Of a stretch of DNA of 64,000 nucleotides, positions 18,930 to 28,165 are shown piece after piece (position 1 is the stretch's first letter; the number at the start of each line of letters is the position of its first letter). Under the pieces are notes generated by a model. It saw only the letters and a list, made by a program, of their open reading frames with translations. It made no database searches and was not told where the DNA came from. The DNA lies in the NCBI GenBank assembly GCA_039029455.1, contig JBCCGE010000003.1:20542-84541 (forward strand), read 5' to 3'. Position numbers and translations under genes: made by a program. Origin of the DNA: Pseudomonadota bacterium. GTDB taxonomy: Bacteria; Pseudomonadota; Gammaproteobacteria; Arenicellales; Poriferihabitantaceae.

Positions 18930-19973
18930 ATGAAGGCAGCCATTTACGAATCCTTTTCGACTCGTCCTCTGATGCAGGAGGTTCCTGACCCGGAGCTTGT
19001 GGATGATGGAGTCGTTATTCAAATCATGGGCTCCGGCGTCTGCCGCAGCGACTGGCATGCATGGGGTGGTCATGACCCCGTGGTTAAGCTGCCCCATGTG
19101 CCCGGACATGAACTGGCAGGTATTGTGGAATCGGTTGGCCGAGATGTTCAAAAATGGCGGCTCGGTGACCGGGTAACGGTGCCGTTTGTGGTGGCATGTG
19201 GACGTTGTTCACAATGCGCATCCGGAAACCAGCAGGTTTGCGACCGGCAGTTCCAGCCAGGCTTTACCCATTGGGGCGCATTTGCCCAGTATGTTGCCAT
19301 TCATCATGCCGATGTCAATCTTGTTCGGCTAGCGGAGTCAATGACGTTCGCGACGGCGGCGAGCCTTGGCTGCCGATTCGTAACGGCCTATCGCGCAGTT
19401 GTGGATCAGTCAAACCTCAAACCAGGGCAGTGGATTGCCGTGTTTGGATGTGGTGGTGTGGGGCTGTCTGCGATAATGATTGCCAGAGCCCGTGGAGGTC
19501 GGGTGATTGCTGTTGATATCGATGAGGGAAGCCTTGCGCTGGCGCAAAAACTTGGTGCAGAGTGCACTATAAATGCCAGCAAAGATGTCGATGCGATTAA
19601 AGAGGTTCACGACATTTCTGAAGGCGGCGCCCATGTTTCAATCGATGCGCTCGGTATTACAGACACCTGCGTCAATTCAGTCCGCAGTCTAAGGAAGCGC
19701 GGGCGCCACATACAGATCGGCTGGATGCTGGGCAACCAGAGTACGCCACCGATTCCGATGGACCTGGTGATGGGAAATGAGCTCGAAATTGTTGGCAGCC
19801 ACGGCATGGCGGCGTATAGATATCCGGAAATGATGCAGCTCATCGAATGCGGAGAGCTAAATCCGGAGGCTCTGATTGGTCAAGAAATCTCACTCGATCA
19901 GTCGGCTGACGCACTTGCTGATTTCGAAACGTTCAACAAAACGGGCATCACTGTAATTACGTCTTTCGACTAG
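18930..19973 (+). CDS. Zinc-dependent alcohol dehydrogenase (MDR family)
   Basis: GVCRSDWHAW, GHELAGIVESVG, structural-Zn loop CGRCSQCASGNQQVC and Rossmann motif AVFGCGGVGLSA. Confidence 0.9.
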   Translation: MKAAIYESFSTRPLMQEVPDPELVDDGVVIQIMGSGVCRSDWHAWGGHDPVVKLPHVPGHELAGIVESVGRDVQKWRLGDRVTVPFVVACGRCSQCASGNQQVCDRQFQPGFTHWGAFAQYVAIHHADVNLVRLAESMTFATAASLGCRFVTAYRAVVDQSNLKPGQWIAVFGCGGVGLSAIMIARARGGRVIAVDIDEGSLALAQKLGAECTINASKDVDAIKEVHDISEGGAHVSIDALGITDTCVNSVRSLRKRGRHIQIGWMLGNQSTPPIPMDLVMGNELEIVGSHGMAAYRYPEMMQLIECGELNPEALIGQEISLDQSADALADFETFNKTGITVITSFD

Positions 19974-20045
19974 TCTTCGATCAGCAAGTCCGACGCGGAT
20001 GCGCTTAGAGGGCTATCGACGCCACAGGCGTTGATTCTTGTGTAA

Positions 20046-20414
20046 TTACCAAACTTCTTTTTCCAATAGAAAGCTCAGTAATGCTTGCGCATTGTTGTGA
20101 CTTTCTTCTTTTGATGCGTATAACAACGTAATCGTTTCTGACTGAGACTGCATGAGTTCGATCAGTTTTTGGGTGTGCGTCGAATTTCTGTTCAGCTCTT
20201 CAAAATATCGCTTCTTAAACTCAAACCAAAGGTCTGCATCATGGTTGAACCATTTTCGAAGTTCCTCCGATGGGGCAATTTCAGGGAACCACTGATCAAG
20301 GCGGGCATTTTGTTTGCTGAGCCCTCTCGGCCACAGACGGTCGACAAGTATTCTGTATCCATCTGATTTTGAAGGAGGGTTGTATATCCGTTTTACCTGA
20401 ATACGAGTCATCAC
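20046..20414 (-). CDS. DUF488 family protein
   Basis: IQVKRIYNPPSKSDGYRILVDRLWPRGLSK and WFPEIAPSEELRKWF; about 121 aa. Confidence 0.8.
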   Translation of the reverse strand: MMTRIQVKRIYNPPSKSDGYRILVDRLWPRGLSKQNARLDQWFPEIAPSEELRKWFNHDADLWFEFKKRYFEELNRNSTHTQKLIELMQSQSETITLLYASKEESHNNAQALLSFLLEKEVW

Positions 20415-20759
20415 GCGACGGTAGAGTCTAACCTTTCTTGATGTTCACAACGCTTTCGATCCAGCATAAATTGCCGACCTTGCAAATGTATGAGAACAAA
20501 CAACTGCGCAATGGTCAACGGAAGGGGTCTAATTTCATCCACCTTTCGAGCGTTTAGCCAATATGTTGAAGTATCAACGTGCTATCGAAAGCGACACATA
20601 AGACCTTCAGGTCCAGAACCAGAGGATTACCTATGTGCTAACCCCGATCGTCAATTGAACGACGGAAGTTAATAATCGTTGCGACTTACCAGAGAAGGCT
20701 ATACGGGGTGTTTCCTTTCCTGTTCCGGGCAGAAAAGGAGACGATCCCCTTAATTAGAT

Positions 20760-23072
20760 CTATCTGAACGTGTATTTGAAATTCACAGCGGCGTTGATGC
20801 CGGGCTGGGTCAGTCGATCAAAGTTCGCGGTGGTCGGATCCTGAACGAATTCTTCACTCCACTCGAAGTACTCCTTGTCAAATATATTGAAGATTCCGAA
20901 ATTGAGTCCCATGCTGTCAGAGAAATTGTAATATCCGATCAGATCAACCACTCCGTAACCCGACGTTTCGAACGCTGGTACCGGTGGGCCGCCACGCTCT
21001 GATAACGAGCTGGTGTCAATGTCGGATGCATCTTTACCATCAGACAGTGTCAGAATGGTTTCCACTCCCCATTTCCCACTTGGTGCGTCATAGGCCAAGC
21101 CAAGGACAACCTGCTGAGGATCAACGGAGTTAATCGGAAGATTTGTTTCGTCGTTTTCGCCGGAAGATGAAGCATACGCCAGATTCATAGTGAACCCGTT
21201 CATACCGTAAGAAGACAGATCGGTTTCGGCTCTGAGTTCGAATCCTTTGATCGTTGCTTCCGGAAGGTTTTCTGCCTGAAACTCAAGCAATCCGCTTCTG
21301 GGATTGAACCCCTGGCTTACCAGAGACTCAATGAAGTTTTCGTAACTGTTGTAGTACGCTGCAGCTTCAAAACTCATATTGGCTGTATTGCGCCTCGCCC
21401 CGATCTCAAATCCCTGAACGCTTTCCGGTTCCAGATCCGCGTTCGGTATCGTGCGGTAACCGCCGGCGAAATTGGTAAAGCCGGTGTTAACTGCATCCAT
21501 CGGTGGTGCCCTGAAGCCTTCGGCGTATTGGGAAAACAGGGACCATTCGTCATTCACATCGACCACAATTCCCAGCTTCGCTGATAGCTCGGATTCGTCA
21601 TAACCTTCAGGCGTTGGAGTACCTGTGTTGCCCGCCAGGTAAATTGCATCTGCGGTTGGATCGAGTTCAAAGTTGTCGAATCGAAGGGCCGGAATCAATC
21701 TAACACGTCCCTGGTTCAAGGCAATCTCGTCCTGAAGAAATACTCCCAGACTGGTGTGTTCTGAATTAGGAAAATCTCTGGTAGGAAAATTGGAGAACTC
21801 TCGCAGCACCATCCCGCCAGGAACACTAACCGTGCGGCCCTCACGTAGGGTTGAGGATTCGTTACGGTCGTAGTCCAGTCCATAGGTTATGTAATGATCG
21901 CTGTTGGCCCCGGCAATTTCTTTTTCAAATTGCAGTTGAACACCCAGATTATCCTGCTCGAACAGAGAATCCCGGGTTCGGAAGGACGGCCCTGAATCGA
22001 AGGACAAACGATTTCTCTCTGTTCTTTGTTGTGATTCTGAGCTTTGGGAATACAACAGAACATTAAACGAATCAAAGGCGCTGGTCTCACTGTCTCGGGT
22101 GTATCGAACGCTGATCCTTTGCCTGTCTTTTTCGTCGACGCCAATTTCGTCTGTTGTCAGCACACCACGAGTCACCTCGTTTCTTGCTGATTCTACGTCG
22201 GTATCGACGTCACTATTGAATTGTTCGAATACAAATTCCAGCTCCTGACTATCGTCGGGACTGTAGATAAATTTTCCGAACAAATTCAGATCATTTCCGG
22301 ATTGCGGGTTTTGTGATCTGCGCGCCTGACCGACCGTATCGTCATCAAAAAACGTTTGAGTTTCCGAATAGTCTCTCGCGGTCACGACAACAAGGCCGGA
22401 AGACTCGTCATTGCCAAATGCACCGAGAACCGTTGCATTGGCCTGATCATTGACGCTATCTGCTCCAAGCTTGATCGAAGCGAACGAGTTTTTGTCGCCC
22501 AGGAAATCCAGTGGATCTTTTGTAATGAAATTGACAACACCACCAATTGCATTGCTGCCGTAAACACTTGAGCTCGGCCCGCGCAAAATTTCCAGTGATT
22601 TGATTACATCGACATCAACGAAATCCCGACGGGAGGATAGAAAGGGTCCGAAAGAGAACTCATCTGCAGTAGGAATACCGTCTGTAAGAATCAGAACTCT
22701 GTCGCCCCCTATTCCGCGAATCCTGAAACCGTCCAGACCGAATCGTCCGCCCCCTGAAACGGATACGCCCGGTTCGTATCGAATCAGGTCGTCTATATTC
22801 TTTACGACCTGACGTTCTATTTGTTCGGACCCGATAACGGTAACTGTATTTGCCACATCGGAAACCGGCCGCTCGGTTCGTGTAGCTGTCACCACAATAG
22901 GATCGAGTTGAACTTTAGTTGCATCTTCCTGCGCAGAAACGGCAACCGGAAAAAGAAGCGAACAAACGACACTGGAAACCCCGAGGCTTGCTGTGAGTTT
23001 CTTCAGATTTCGACTACTGAGGATTTCTTTGACGAACGCGATTGATTTGGCAAACGAGCGATCTTCGAACAT
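20760..23072 (-). CDS. TonB-dependent outer-membrane receptor (haem/haemoglobin-type features)
   Basis: 770 aa with a signal peptide and plug region DPIVVTATRTERPVSDV. FRAP motif (YAEGFRAPPMD) is followed by IPNADLEPE (NPNL-like). C-terminal beta-strand is NFKYTFR. Confidence 0.9.
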   Translation of the reverse strand: MFEDRSFAKSIAFVKEILSSRNLKKLTASLGVSSVVCSLLFPVAVSAQEDATKVQLDPIVVTATRTERPVSDVANTVTVIGSEQIERQVVKNIDDLIRYEPGVSVSGGGRFGLDGFRIRGIGGDRVLILTDGIPTADEFSFGPFLSSRRDFVDVDVIKSLEILRGPSSSVYGSNAIGGVVNFITKDPLDFLGDKNSFASIKLGADSVNDQANATVLGAFGNDESSGLVVVTARDYSETQTFFDDDTVGQARRSQNPQSGNDLNLFGKFIYSPDDSQELEFVFEQFNSDVDTDVESARNEVTRGVLTTDEIGVDEKDRQRISVRYTRDSETSAFDSFNVLLYSQSSESQQRTERNRLSFDSGPSFRTRDSLFEQDNLGVQLQFEKEIAGANSDHYITYGLDYDRNESSTLREGRTVSVPGGMVLREFSNFPTRDFPNSEHTSLGVFLQDEIALNQGRVRLIPALRFDNFELDPTADAIYLAGNTGTPTPEGYDESELSAKLGIVVDVNDEWSLFSQYAEGFRAPPMDAVNTGFTNFAGGYRTIPNADLEPESVQGFEIGARRNTANMSFEAAAYYNSYENFIESLVSQGFNPRSGLLEFQAENLPEATIKGFELRAETDLSSYGMNGFTMNLAYASSSGENDETNLPINSVDPQQVVLGLAYDAPSGKWGVETILTLSDGKDASDIDTSSLSERGGPPVPAFETSGYGVVDLIGYYNFSDSMGLNFGIFNIFDKEYFEWSEEFVQDPTTANFDRLTQPGINAAVNFKYTFR

Positions 23073-23175
23073 GGCACTAGTTAAGGATTCAGGTAAAAAA
23101 GACTCTTAGAAAATTCTGCTTGGGGCAGGTTTAAACAGCCGAATTTCACGAATCTGGAATATATCACTTAGTAAT

Positions 23176-23194
23176 CGAAATGCAAATCATTTAC
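23176..23194. promoter_or_regulatory. Weak Fur-box-like sequence cgaaatgcaaatcatttac upstream of the TonB-dependent receptor
   Basis: My hand alignment gives 12 of 19 matches to GATAATGATAATCATTATC. It lies about 105-120 nt upstream of the receptor ATG (23072). Confidence 0.3.
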
Positions 23195-23415
23195 ATTTAG
23201 ATTAATGAAAAAAGCTCTGTTGGATAAAGCGTCTTTACAACATTGTTTTGCCGGGTAAATGCGAGGATCAGACACCGTAGCAAAACAGATATCATCAGAA
23301 AAAAGGGCCTTCACCATATTGACTAACGCTCTTTAACGGTTGTCATTTTGGTCAGAAGGAATAAGGGTTGAGATGTCGTCGTTTGACCTGCACGAAGTGA
23401 GCATGCCAACTCACT

Positions 23416-23652
23416 TCACTTAGGTGATTCACCTCTGAGATAACAAATGACTACCAAAACCATCGTAATCAGGAAGAAGGCTATAAAGTAGACCGTCACG
23501 GAAATGTGTCGGGTCAGTAAACCGAGTAAGCCGAGCGAAACAAAGGCAAAATAAACCCCCAATACGATCCATCCCTCTGTTGCAACAGGTAGTCCCCACC
23601 CCCATCCGAATTTTTTCGATGGAAACCATATTTTTTTGAGATTACTGTTCAT
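23416..23652 (-). CDS. Small membrane protein (2 TM)
   Basis: Start taken at the internal ATG: MNSNLKKIWFPSKKFGWGWGLPVATEGWIVLGVYF, followed by two hydrophobic helices. Confidence 0.5.
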   Translation of the reverse strand: MNSNLKKIWFPSKKFGWGWGLPVATEGWIVLGVYFAFVSLGLLGLLTRHISVTVYFIAFFLITMVLVVICYLRGESPK

Positions 23653-23848
23653 AAACTTTAAATCGCCGCTGACCACCACTATTGAGATATCATTTACTGC
23701 AATCTTGGATCAGCATCTATTTCGATCCTACCGTTAACAGGTTTCGAATGCGGATCCGCGGTTAGATGAAAGTTATTAAGTCGCAGTAGCTGGTGTATCA
23801 ACAATAGTTCTATAACGCCTGTTTAAGATGCGCTCCTACTGAAAAACC

Positions 23849-24700
23849 TCACTCTTCTTCAACCTTCGGTACGACGCCTTCAGCGCAACATACGGTATAC
23901 CAAAGCGCAGAGTTCGGATGAGATTTCCAGTCGTGAAGTCCATCAATGCCGGCTTTAAACGACGCTTCGTCAAACTCTTCATCGATCAGCATAGTGTCTT
24001 TGGCGCCCTCCAGTGCCCTGATCAGGTTGTCTGCGACGGCTTCAAATCTCTCATCGCCAGCACATCCTCCAAAAAACACGCTGGTGTTTCGAACAGAGGT
24101 AAGTCCTGCATCGAATAACAGGGATACGAGCCGACGCCCAACAAAAGGATCGTTTCCAAGTCTTATGAATGATCGAACATAAGCATCCCAGATCGGGCCA
24201 AACTCGCGTGGCTGCGGCCAGGGACGAAAATTGCCATGATCATCATCGGAAATAAAAACCTTCCCGCCAGGCCGAACGCAACGCACCATTTCACCAACAA
24301 CCTGTTCCGGACTGGACACATGCTCCAAAAGAAAACGACTGTGCGCGATTTCGAATGAGCCCCATTCGGTTTCGTCCATTGTCAGATTGAGTGCATCGCC
24401 CTGACGGAACTCAACAAGATCGGATTCTCCGACATGGTTAGCCAGTCCTTCTGCTTTCGATATCTGGTCTCTGTCCCGTTCGATGCCGACCACATGCCCC
24501 TGTTCCCCAACTGTTTTCGCCATAAGACGGGAAAACTGTCCGAGTCCACAGCCGACATCGAGTATTTTATCTCCGGGCTGAATGTTAAGTTCTCTCAGGC
24601 AGGCTTTGTTCAGGAGGTCATTGATCAGAGATAGACGGTGTTGCTCCTGTTGAGAATTGCCGTGAATATAACCGTCCTGTTCGGACGTCTGATTATTCAT
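23849..24700 (-). CDS. Class I SAM-dependent methyltransferase
   Basis: Start moved to ATG 24700 (MNNQTSEQDGY..); the track's 169-aa extension overlaps the upstream gene. Motif I ILDVGCGLGQFS and motif post-II RPGGKVFISD. ATGA overlap with the upstream stop. Confidence 0.85.
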   Translation of the reverse strand: MNNQTSEQDGYIHGNSQQEQHRLSLINDLLNKACLRELNIQPGDKILDVGCGLGQFSRLMAKTVGEQGHVVGIERDRDQISKAEGLANHVGESDLVEFRQGDALNLTMDETEWGSFEIAHSRFLLEHVSSPEQVVGEMVRCVRPGGKVFISDDDHGNFRPWPQPREFGPIWDAYVRSFIRLGNDPFVGRRLVSLLFDAGLTSVRNTSVFFGGCAGDERFEAVADNLIRALEGAKDTMLIDEEFDEASFKAGIDGLHDWKSHPNSALWYTVCCAEGVVPKVEEE

Positions 24701-25530
24701 ATCTGTACATCGCCTGATCGTGCACCGAAGCATTGTGCTGATTCGGGTGTCGAGTCTCCATACCAGTGCAATTGATTCTTTATGAAACCGTTTGAAGAAA
24801 GGTCCAGTATTCGAAAACCCTGCAGGGATCCATCCAGCACGTGCGAGGCCCAGAAATCTTCGTGGTCTGCGGACTCTCCGGTCTGGGCGTGCTTTACATG
24901 TGCAAAGACTGACGGTGTCGTAATCTGAATATGGGAGCCGACGCTTAAGACAGTATCCGTGTGAGTATGGCCGGCAATAACTCCTTTCACGTTGGTGTAG
25001 CGATTCAGCAGGGAAGTGAATTCGTCTGAGTTCCACAGTTGGCATCCGGAGGACGGACAAACTTTCAGCGGTGTATGGTGGAGCGCTATGAGAACGGGGT
25101 GCTGGCGGTATTTTTCCAGATTTCGCTCCAACTCCGTGAAGCCGGCAGGATCTACAAAGCCGTGGGAATGGCCTTCTACCTGTGAGTTGACAAACAAAAA
25201 TGCCCATCTCTGAATTACCGCACTACTCACACAATGGAATACATCAGAATTGAGTTCAGCCTGCATGTTCGAATAATCGTCATGATTGCCTGGCAGGGTG
25301 TACACCGGCACTTCAACATCCGACAGAAGATTTTTAAACCGTTTGTATGTGCGGACCGAACCAACTTCCGCAACATCACCGGTGACAATAATGGCATCCG
25401 GTTTTGGGCGCAGTTTGCCAAGCTCGCCGATTGCATTTGATAGCGAAAGACCCGTGTCTACCCCGTACAAATCCTGGCCCGGGTTCTCCGTAAGATGTAT
25501 ATCGGTCAGATGTGCAATACGGAGTGACAT
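24697..25530 (-). CDS. Metallophosphoesterase, CpdA-like 3',5'-cyclic-nucleotide phosphodiesterase
   Basis: IAHLTDIHL, VTGDVAE, LPGNHDD and IAGHTHTD, the calcineurin-like phosphoesterase motif set in CpdA order. Confidence 0.85.
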   Translation of the reverse strand: MSLRIAHLTDIHLTENPGQDLYGVDTGLSLSNAIGELGKLRPKPDAIIVTGDVAEVGSVRTYKRFKNLLSDVEVPVYTLPGNHDDYSNMQAELNSDVFHCVSSAVIQRWAFLFVNSQVEGHSHGFVDPAGFTELERNLEKYRQHPVLIALHHTPLKVCPSSGCQLWNSDEFTSLLNRYTNVKGVIAGHTHTDTVLSVGSHIQITTPSVFAHVKHAQTGESADHEDFWASHVLDGSLQGFRILDLSSNGFIKNQLHWYGDSTPESAQCFGARSGDVQI

Positions 25531-25743
25531 TTATTCTTTACTAACTTGTCCGGATCGAATACGACATTTAAAAACAAGGACCCATCAGATTCCACTTAAA
25601 TCAAGACCAGACAACACGTATGAAGTGTCTTATCTGGTAAATCACATTATGACTGAGTCTTATGGATCAAAGTTGAAAACGCGGAATTATTTTCAGAGCT
25701 GTTTACTCTTCCGATCAAAGAGATAATCTGCCCTGGCACGGTA

Positions 25744-25749
25744 TATAAT
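25744..25749 (+). promoter_or_regulatory. Perfect TATAAT hexamer about 70 nt upstream of the 25819 gene (candidate -10 element)
   Basis: Read directly. No convincing -35 at 17-nt spacing, so this is tentative. Confidence 0.25.
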
Positions 25750-25818
25750 TGTATCTGAATATCAAAATCTTAAAGAGCAGCTGTCAAATTTTCGGAATCT
25801 ACGATCAGGTAAAATATT

Positions 25819-26481
25819 ATGTCAAAAAAAGTTAAAGTATCTCGACGCAATTTTTCCAAAACCATCGCAGCGGGTACGGCCGTAACAGGAGGTTTACAGC
25901 ATTGGTCAAAGCCTCTGGTGGAGTCTGCAATCTTGCCGGCGCATGCATCGTCCACTCCTACGCCCTCAACTACTGGTGAGCCCACGACAACTCCAATATC
26001 TGTACCTGCGCCCACCTCTACAATATCCCTCTACAATTCTTCAGGCTGGCTGGATGGTGTTGGCGAAAAGGGCGTAGAACCCTCTGACTATGATATGCAC
26101 GCGACATTTGAAGGAATTCCCACAGGCGCTCCACGAAGAATTTCGTTCAATATCCAACTAAGCATCGATGGAAACAATTTCGGGAGCAGTAATGTTGTAA
26201 TAAATGTTCCTGACGCAGGCTGGAGAAATAGTGTAGTCAACGCTGCAAATAGTTTGAGTCCATTCAATGTCCTTTCTGCGCCATGGTCTCTAACCTACAA
26301 TCCCGATTGGGAGATGGTTTTGTCCGTTGTAGAAAGTCTTGATAACCACGCTGGCGGATTTACACAAGCAAGCACAGTCGGCGCATGGGTCATTCAAGTA
26401 ACCGGAGGACAGGTATTTGACGCGATTGGTGCCAGCAACCGAAACGACTCATCAACTGGTGCGCGAATCCAAATCGCGTAG
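25819..26481 (+). CDS. Secreted hypothetical protein with twin-arginine-like signal and conserved HWSKPLVESAILPAHASSTPT module
   Basis: MSKKVKVSRRNFSKTIAAGTAVTGG (SRRxFxK Tat-like n-region), then the module shared with the 18666 frame, then a Thr/Pro linker and a beta-rich ~150-aa domain. 220 aa. Confidence 0.6.
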   Translation: MSKKVKVSRRNFSKTIAAGTAVTGGLQHWSKPLVESAILPAHASSTPTPSTTGEPTTTPISVPAPTSTISLYNSSGWLDGVGEKGVEPSDYDMHATFEGIPTGAPRRISFNIQLSIDGNNFGSSNVVINVPDAGWRNSVVNAANSLSPFNVLSAPWSLTYNPDWEMVLSVVESLDNHAGGFTQASTVGAWVIQVTGGQVFDAIGASNRNDSSTGARIQIA

Positions 26482-26496
26482 CCATTAGTCTGCTGA

Positions 26497-27138
26497 TTGT
26501 CGTCAAAAACCCCAAAACGGGATCGTGTCAGGCGCGCTGAAATAACAGCTGTCTCGCAGCTGGAGCCAGCTCCCGCAAGAATAGTTCAGAGTATCGCCGA
26601 TGAGTTTGGAGTAATTGCGCTACATGGCTCACGAGTTAGCGGAGTGTGGGCTGAGGACAGCGATTACGATATCGCTATCGCAGGATTCACCGCAGATAAG
26701 GAGGGCTATAGCAAAAGACTGAGCACCATTGCGCTACAGCACAATGTAAAAATCGACATTTGGGAAGGCGCGAACTTTAAGTCAAATCGCAAAGGCGTTC
26801 TGGTTGTATGCGGTAGCTCTATTGACCACGGATCAATTCATAAAGATTTTCCACTTACGCCGGAATTTGGACTCGTTGCACAGAACAGTGAGTTCGAAAT
26901 TCATCAAACCGAACCTGATTTTCAATTATTGAAAACGGGCACCAGGTTGCTTATCAAATTCAACAAGTATTCCATGAACATATATCAAAGATGTTTGACA
27001 CCTTGTCGAATTAGTGACCTAATTAATAACATTCAGCTGGACTACTTCTTTGACGGAAGTATTAAAGAAGATGTACTAGATGCGATTAACGTAATGATTG
27101 CGTATGGAGTTCTCAAATACTCTATTCCAAAGCCATAA
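26497..27138 (+). CDS. Nucleotidyltransferase (Pol-beta superfamily) domain protein
   Basis: LHGSRVSGVWAEDSDYDIAI matches the GS-x(9-10)-D-x-D motif, with a further acidic residue in VKIDIWEG. TTG start 15 nt after the upstream stop. 213 aa. Confidence 0.6.
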   Translation: MSSKTPKRDRVRRAEITAVSQLEPAPARIVQSIADEFGVIALHGSRVSGVWAEDSDYDIAIAGFTADKEGYSKRLSTIALQHNVKIDIWEGANFKSNRKGVLVVCGSSIDHGSIHKDFPLTPEFGLVAQNSEFEIHQTEPDFQLLKTGTRLLIKFNKYSMNIYQRCLTPCRISDLINNIQLDYFFDGSIKEDVLDAINVMIAYGVLKYSIPKP

Positions 27139-27198
27139 AATCTGGCAGTGTGACCGCGATGCTGGATTCGAACTCGGAAAAATCCAAGCATGAAAAAT

Positions 27199-27229
27199 AA
27201 TTGACGTTACAAATTTGTCAGTCAATTTT
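27199..27229. terminator. Imperfect hairpin (aattgac..gtcaatt) flanked by T/A runs between convergent genes; possible bidirectional terminator
   Basis: 7-bp outer stem plus an inner aca/tgt stem. TTTT follows on the + strand and ATTTTT on the - strand. Confidence 0.35.
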
Positions 27230-27268
27230 GAGTTCGTTAGTTGAAGTAAAGCTCTCTTTTTCACATGC

Positions 27269-28123
27269 CTATGGATAAACCTCAGGTACAAATGTCTGAT
27301 CGGTCATTGGAGGACGGACGTAGCCACCTTTATTCTTGCGAGGTTTAAGCTTGGGCACTTTCGCATTTGTTTCTTTATAAGGAATGCTGCTTAGAAGGTG
27401 ACTTATGCAGTTGAGCCTGGCGTGCTTTTTTACATCAGCATCAACCACATACCAGGGTGCCTGTTTGATGTCGGTATGCGCAAAATTGTCGTCTTTGGCC
27501 TTTGAATATTCAACCCATCGATCCCGGGATTCGAGGTCCATAGGGCTCAGTTTCCACTGTTTGGTAGGATCAAGGCGCCTGCCCTGAAAACGTTTTTCCT
27601 GCTCCTTATCGCTGACCGAGAACCAGTATTTTATAAGCTGTATTCCGCTTCGAACCAACATTCTTTCGAACTCCGGACACGACCGCATAAACTCACGATA
27701 CTCTTCGTTGGTGCAAAACCCCATGACCCGCTCCACGCCGGCTCGGTTGTACCAGCTTCGATCAAAGATCACCATTTCTCCGGCAGCCGGCAGATGCTCG
27801 GCGTAGCGCTGAAAATACCATTGGGTTTTTTCCCGTTCGGTCGGTGCTGGCAACGCCACTACGCGACAGACTCGCGGATTCAATACCTGAGTGATGCGTT
27901 TTATGACCCCGCCTTTGCCGGCGGCATCCCGTCCTTCGAATATCACCACTACTTTTAAACCTTCGTTTTTGATCCATTCCTGAAGTTTGATCAGTTCGAT
28001 CTGTAATCGAGCCAGTTCAGCCTCGTAAAACTTGGTGGTGATGCGACCGTCTTTTTTGGCCCGTTTGATATCCTGCTTCTTATCTTTGGCTTTCTTGCCT
28101 GTGTCAGCTTTCTTTTTACTCAT
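27269..28123 (-). CDS. ppk2: Polyphosphate kinase 2 (single-domain PPK2)
   Basis: Walker A IFEGRDAAGKGG, then NPRVCRVVALPAPTEREKTQWYFQRY and FDRSWYNRAGVERV. 284 aa with a Lys-rich N-terminal tail. Confidence 0.9.
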   Translation of the reverse strand: MSKKKADTGKKAKDKKQDIKRAKKDGRITTKFYEAELARLQIELIKLQEWIKNEGLKVVVIFEGRDAAGKGGVIKRITQVLNPRVCRVVALPAPTEREKTQWYFQRYAEHLPAAGEMVIFDRSWYNRAGVERVMGFCTNEEYREFMRSCPEFERMLVRSGIQLIKYWFSVSDKEQEKRFQGRRLDPTKQWKLSPMDLESRDRWVEYSKAKDDNFAHTDIKQAPWYVVDADVKKHARLNCISHLLSSIPYKETNAKVPKLKPRKNKGGYVRPPMTDQTFVPEVYP

Positions 28124-28165
28124 ATTAATGTTCCTCTTTGCTTGGATACTCGTTCTGTATCGAAA

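Noticed and set aside
24701-25207. N-terminal 169-aa extension of the methyltransferase ORF. Similar extensions occur at 3971-4174 (LysE) and 49751-50017 (aminopeptidase).
   Set aside because: The extensions are Arg/Pro/Cys-rich, overlap neighbouring genuine genes and precede internal ATGs. Those ATGs give canonical family N-termini or a lipobox, so the shorter starts were adopted.
25734-25740. Perfect sigma54 -24 element TGGCACG upstream of the 25819 gene
   Set aside because: There is no TTGC -12 element at the required spacing. The bases there are ATAA, and a TTGT lies 4 nt too far away.
27139-27268. tRNA-like T-arm string ggattcgaac in the NTase/ppk2 intergenic region
   Set aside because: The flanking bases do not pair into a T-stem or acceptor stem, and no cloverleaf can be drawn.
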